NCBI GenBank assembly: GCA_963772835.1
Contig: CAVYYZ010000002.1
Coordinates: 192,001-256,000 of the forward strand
Reading direction: 5' to 3'
Length of the DNA stretch: 64,000 nt
Origin: an uncultured delta proteobacterium
Lineage (GTDB): Bacteria > Desulfobacterota > Desulfuromonadia > Geobacterales > Pseudopelobacteraceae
The notes under the pieces were generated by a model that saw only the letters and a program-made list of their open reading frames with translations, was not told the origin of the DNA and made no database searches. A program made the translations under genes and the position numbers. Below, piece after piece: positions 60,299-64,000 of this stretch; within the stretch, counting starts at the first letter, position 1; every line of letters starts with the position of its first letter.

Positions 60299-61789
60299 TC
60301 AGAAACTGAAAGTAACACCAAGCGTTCCGATTTTGTTAGCAATCTCAGTGTTTCCCGAAGATTTATAAGAGGTCCCATACTCATGTTTATACTCGGCAAC
60401 CACCTTCAGGTTCTCAATCGGAGCGTAAGCAACAGTCGGAATTACGCGTCGAACGATATTAATACCATCATCCTGATACTCAAAGCGGAGCGAACCGATC
60501 AGGTTTTGCTGAATTGTATACTGGCCTTCAATTGCCGTGACATACGTTTTGACTGCCGGCAGTGAATAAGTTAAATCCGCATTATCATCTTTCCCTGTAA
60601 CGCCGGACAATTTCAATCTGAACAATTTATAAAGTAGATCGATATCCACCCCGGCACGGTAAAACTCATTCTGGCGCGGGGTTACTCCTGCAACTGTATT
60701 CGGGTCTCCATTTGTCCCGATATAGCCATACCCACCAACAGTCAGAGTAAGAAAATCAAAAATACTTTCTTCCTTGTCTAGATCAATTTCAGGTTCATTC
60801 GTAAGATAATCAGCACCTCCAACCTTAACAGATGTATGTACATACCATTCCTTGGTATTCTGATTTTTTCGGTTGACGACACCGCCAGCCATGAAGAGAC
60901 GCTTGGCAAATATCATATTCGCTTCAATAGCATCCTGAGGCTGCTCAAGTTTAAAAAGTGACGACCCGACGGTGTACGCATAAGTATCATACGAATTTGT
61001 TATTGATAATTTATTGGTGCTCTTCCAGAGACCCAGCTTCGGTTGGAATCTTCCTACCTTGATATTTATCGGGGAGTCAAGAATATGCCGCCACACAAGA
61101 AAAAGTTCGCCAATATCGTTTTTGCCCGTCATATTGGTCGGGACCTGTGAAGTATTGGTCATTCCGGAAGCATTCTCAGTGTACAGCAGATATGTACCAA
61201 AAAAACCGGCTTTCCCCTTAAAGTTTCCTCCTGCGTTGAGCTTCAGAGTCCGTGTGGAAAAATCGAATTCATTAACAGCATTGCGGTCATAGGTACCGTG
61301 AATATTGGCGGTAAATGAGATCGGCAGCTGTTCTGGAATCCCGGCAATAGAGATCCCCTCTGATTTCAACTCACCGGCAGTTGTGGATTGATTGAGGTCG
61401 CTCGCTGTCGCCTGAACAGGTGACGCAGCTGCCGCAGGAGCATCGGCAGAAAGCATCGTTCCGGCTTTCAGCTTATTAAGTAAATCGGCATCACCTGCAC
61501 CCTTTACGCCAGTTTCAGTGCCCGGAACCGCAGCAGGCTTTGCCTCAACAGCTGAAGGAACTGCTTTGGTCTTTTCAGCCGTTTTCTTTTTACCTTTACC
61601 AAAGTAAACATACCCGTTTTTTAAAAATGCCTCGCCATACTCATTCAACTCTGGAAAGATAGTGTGGCAGGTGCTGCATTCCACTTTGTTAGCACGAGTG
61701 AAAGCCGGTATGGCGTGGGAAATGGTGGCGGAAAACAGCTGAAAAACAATTACCGCCATAACTATCGCCAGGTATTGAAAAAATATCAT
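60299..61789 (-). CDS. Cyc2-like fused monoheme cytochrome / outer-membrane beta-barrel
   Basis: AIPAFTR..CSTCHTIFPELNEYGEAFLKNGY; low-complexity linker; amphipathic strands; terminal TFSF. Confidence 0.72.
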   Translation of the reverse strand: MIFFQYLAIVMAVIVFQLFSATISHAIPAFTRANKVECSTCHTIFPELNEYGEAFLKNGYVYFGKGKKKTAEKTKAVPSAVEAKPAAVPGTETGVKGAGDADLLNKLKAGTMLSADAPAAAASPVQATASDLNQSTTAGELKSEGISIAGIPEQLPISFTANIHGTYDRNAVNEFDFSTRTLKLNAGGNFKGKAGFFGTYLLYTENASGMTNTSQVPTNMTGKNDIGELFLVWRHILDSPINIKVGRFQPKLGLWKSTNKLSITNSYDTYAYTVGSSLFKLEQPQDAIEANMIFAKRLFMAGGVVNRKNQNTKEWYVHTSVKVGGADYLTNEPEIDLDKEESIFDFLTLTVGGYGYIGTNGDPNTVAGVTPRQNEFYRAGVDIDLLYKLFRLKLSGVTGKDDNADLTYSLPAVKTYVTAIEGQYTIQQNLIGSLRFEYQDDGINIVRRVIPTVAYAPIENLKVVAEYKHEYGTSYKSSGNTEIANKIGTLGVTFSF

Positions 61790-61825
61790 TAGAAGCCCCC
61801 CTGTGTAAAGAATTGTCGGATCATA

Positions 61826-63695
61826 TTATTGACGGGCACCGTTGATACCGGTCGGGTTGGCGCTGGTCCCCTGCAGGTAGGCAATCGCCTGGGCTTTGGT
61901 GGCGGTATCAATTTTGAAGATGGTGCCATCCTTTGCCAGCACAAACAGGGAAGGGTCATCTGACAACAGATTTACTCCGGCCTCGATTCCGTTGCCCATC
62001 ACACCATCCTGCATCCAGTCGATAGCGTCGAAGATCAACCGCTTGGTGTAGAATCGGTTGTGGGCAAAGGCCCCGTAGTCATGAACCAGCAAGTTGAGAT
62101 TGAACGCTGCACCCATGGTGAGTGCTCCTGCCTGAATGTTGCCTGCTGACACAACTAGACCTGAACCAAATCCGCCGGTAAATTTGCGCCAGTTTTTCTC
62201 GCCGCCACCGGTGCCGAAGTAGGGGTGGAGCATCATTAAATGGGTAACCTCTGTCTTTGAGCGTCTTGGCCAGAACTGACAGGGCGGCGTTTAATCCGGC
62301 TCGCTCCTCCTCGATCACTTTGCCGCTCATGGCGCTGCTAAAGGGAACTAATGCCGGATCATGGCATTTGACGCATGCCTTTGCGACCAGAGTTCCGGCT
62401 TGATCAACCGGCAGGAAGGTATGGCGTTTGTATTCTCCGTCCTGGCCGATGTGGCATGTGACGCAGGGGCCGTCGTTCCCGGTGCCGTTTTTGTTGCTGA
62501 TCCCGACTTGGTCGTGTAAATAAAAGGACTGGTTGGCGTACTTGCTGCTGCTGGTATAGAAGTGGAAACCACTCGTCTTGAAAATGGTGGCTCCGGCGCT
62601 CAGATAGTGGGAGTTGATGAAAGCTATTGAAGAGAAATTGAGGAACGGCGCCGCGCTTCTGATGTTATCGCCGATTTCCCGACCAACATGGCAGGCCACG
62701 CACAGGTTGGAGGTATTGACATTCGGGTAGGACCTGGGAATGTGGTCCCTGATCCTGTTAATGGTCGTGCCGACTTGCGAGTTGACGGAGTAATTGTAGA
62801 AGGCCGTAACCTTGCCCACCGTACGCGCCTTGTAGGCATACACGTTGCCCGCTCCGTCATCATGGCAAGAACGGCAGCCGAGCGGTTCCTTCGTTTTGTC
62901 GGGTGAAACATTCGGATAGACGGTGCCGTACGTATCCCAGGGGGCGATCGTTTTGAAGCTGCTTGAGATGTAATTAACAAAACCGGTGGCGGTGTGGCAG
63001 CGGACACAATCGTCGCCGAAGGAAGTAGCGGGTGAAGCGCCGGCAGTGGTCGTACCGCGAGTCTTGAAATCATACTGAGTCCAGGGCTTGGCGTAAATAT
63101 CTCCCTTGCCGCTGCGCGACCATTCGCGAAACTGCTGCATCTGGGTTGTGGTGTCATGGGGATTGTGACAGTTTCTGCATTTGCTGACGTTCTGCGAACT
63201 GACATAGGAAGCTGGATACCCTTTACGTCTGAGCCCGGAAGTTTCCGTGTTTGCGGGACTCGTTATGTTATTGAAGTGAACCCTCAATCCGTCAATGATC
63301 GCCCCGTTTACGGTAGAACTCCCAAACCCGCCATTTTTGGTGTGGCATTTAGAGCACTTACCCGCTGCATCAGGATTTACAGTCACATCCGGGCCGGCAA
63401 CGGGAGAACCGCCATGGCAGCGGTTACAATTCCCTGCATCCGGATGGCTTTGATGCGGTTCATGGCAATCCTTGCAACTGGCACCGTTATTAATGTTATG
63501 GTTGGAGACTCTCCATTCGTCAGAAATTAATTTGCCTGTTACCTTGCTGGCGCCTCCATGGCAGTCGATGCAGCGCTGCGACTCTTCAAGTTTGCTTACG
63601 TTGGGTCCGATAACCGGTTTTTCTCCGCAGGCGAGAAGCGAAAACAGAAGCAGTGACAACGCAACGGTTAGCGGTACCCTTAGTGAAAACTGCAT
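61826..63695 (-). pseudogene. OmcB-like decaheme lipoprotein cytochrome split by a +1 frameshift near 62222-62225 (real or sequencing error)
   Basis: Lipobox LLA-C; 10 CxxCH; C-terminal PYF..NW..MGAAFNLNLLVHD.GAFAHN.FYTKRLI.D.IDW lies in another frame. Confidence 0.8.
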
Positions 63696-63731
63696 AATTG
63701 CTCCTTAGAATAACGTGACTGAACGGGAATA

Positions 63732-64000
63732 TTATTTCAGCAGCCTGTACATATAGGTAAATGCTCCACCAACCGAAAGACCGGATAATAGACCGGCATA
63801 GCGGATTACCTCTCTCGAGAACTGAACACGGCCCATATACTCTTCTATATCAGAGGTTTCATCAGTCATGAAAGTAAGGATGTCCTGCCAGTCCGCATCC
63901 CACTGGTAGATCTGCAGATACAGGGCTGAACCTCTCCATACAAGTATACAAACAAATACGATAGCAAAAGCGATAAATCCTTTAGAAACGTCAGAGCCCT
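63732..64000 (-). CDS. 3' end of a membrane protein of unknown function (truncated by window edge)
   Basis: Open frame ..KGFIAFAIVFVCILVWRG...GGAFTYMYRLLK-stop with two hydrophobic segments. Confidence 0.5.
   Translation of the reverse strand, partial: GSDVSKGFIAFAIVFVCILVWRGSALYLQIYQWDADWQDILTFMTDETSDIEEYMGRVQFSREVIRYAGLLSGLSVGGAFTYMYRLLK

Overview
Chromosomal window from a Geobacteraceae-like bacterium (inferred from the ~1000-aa bifunctional PutA, OmcB-like multiheme cytochrome and CIRCE-controlled rpoH). It has four blocks. (1) 1-14 kb: amino-acid transport and catabolism (livGF, three DMT/EamA exporters, Trp/Tyr-type ABC importer, FadR regulator divergent from putA, DUF2917/MocR, azlCD). 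(2) 14.1-41 kb: a 27-kb metal (probably Cu/Ag) response region, all on the minus strand except one PAP2 gene. It holds CopA, a CusCBA-type RND pump, a PII-like protein, an HMA-DUF2318-MacB-type ABC module, three paralogous small Met/Cys secreted proteins, a cytochrome c'/GerMN operon, a Met-rich envelope operon, two histidine kinases and three sigma54 activators. (3) 41-56.3 kb: core genes (rpoH, tRNA cluster, tuf, rpmG, secE, nusG, rplKAJL, rpoB with a ~129-aa insertion, rpoC). (4) 56.4-64 kb: a thiolase-like protein lacking both catalytic Cys, msrA, yebC, tRNA-Cys and a cytochrome cluster with a Cyc2-like heme-porin and a frameshifted decaheme lipoprotein. The strongest novelty candidate is read directly from the DNA. 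Five operons in block 2 share one promoter design: a sigma54 -24/-12 box, a helically phased IHF-like site and tandem GTRGAATATTCYAC palindromes. A sixth promoter uses a different palindrome. Together this suggests a two-tier sigma54 metal regulon with a feedback activator that controls several uncharacterised proteins. All family calls come from motif recognition by eye; no database searches were run.
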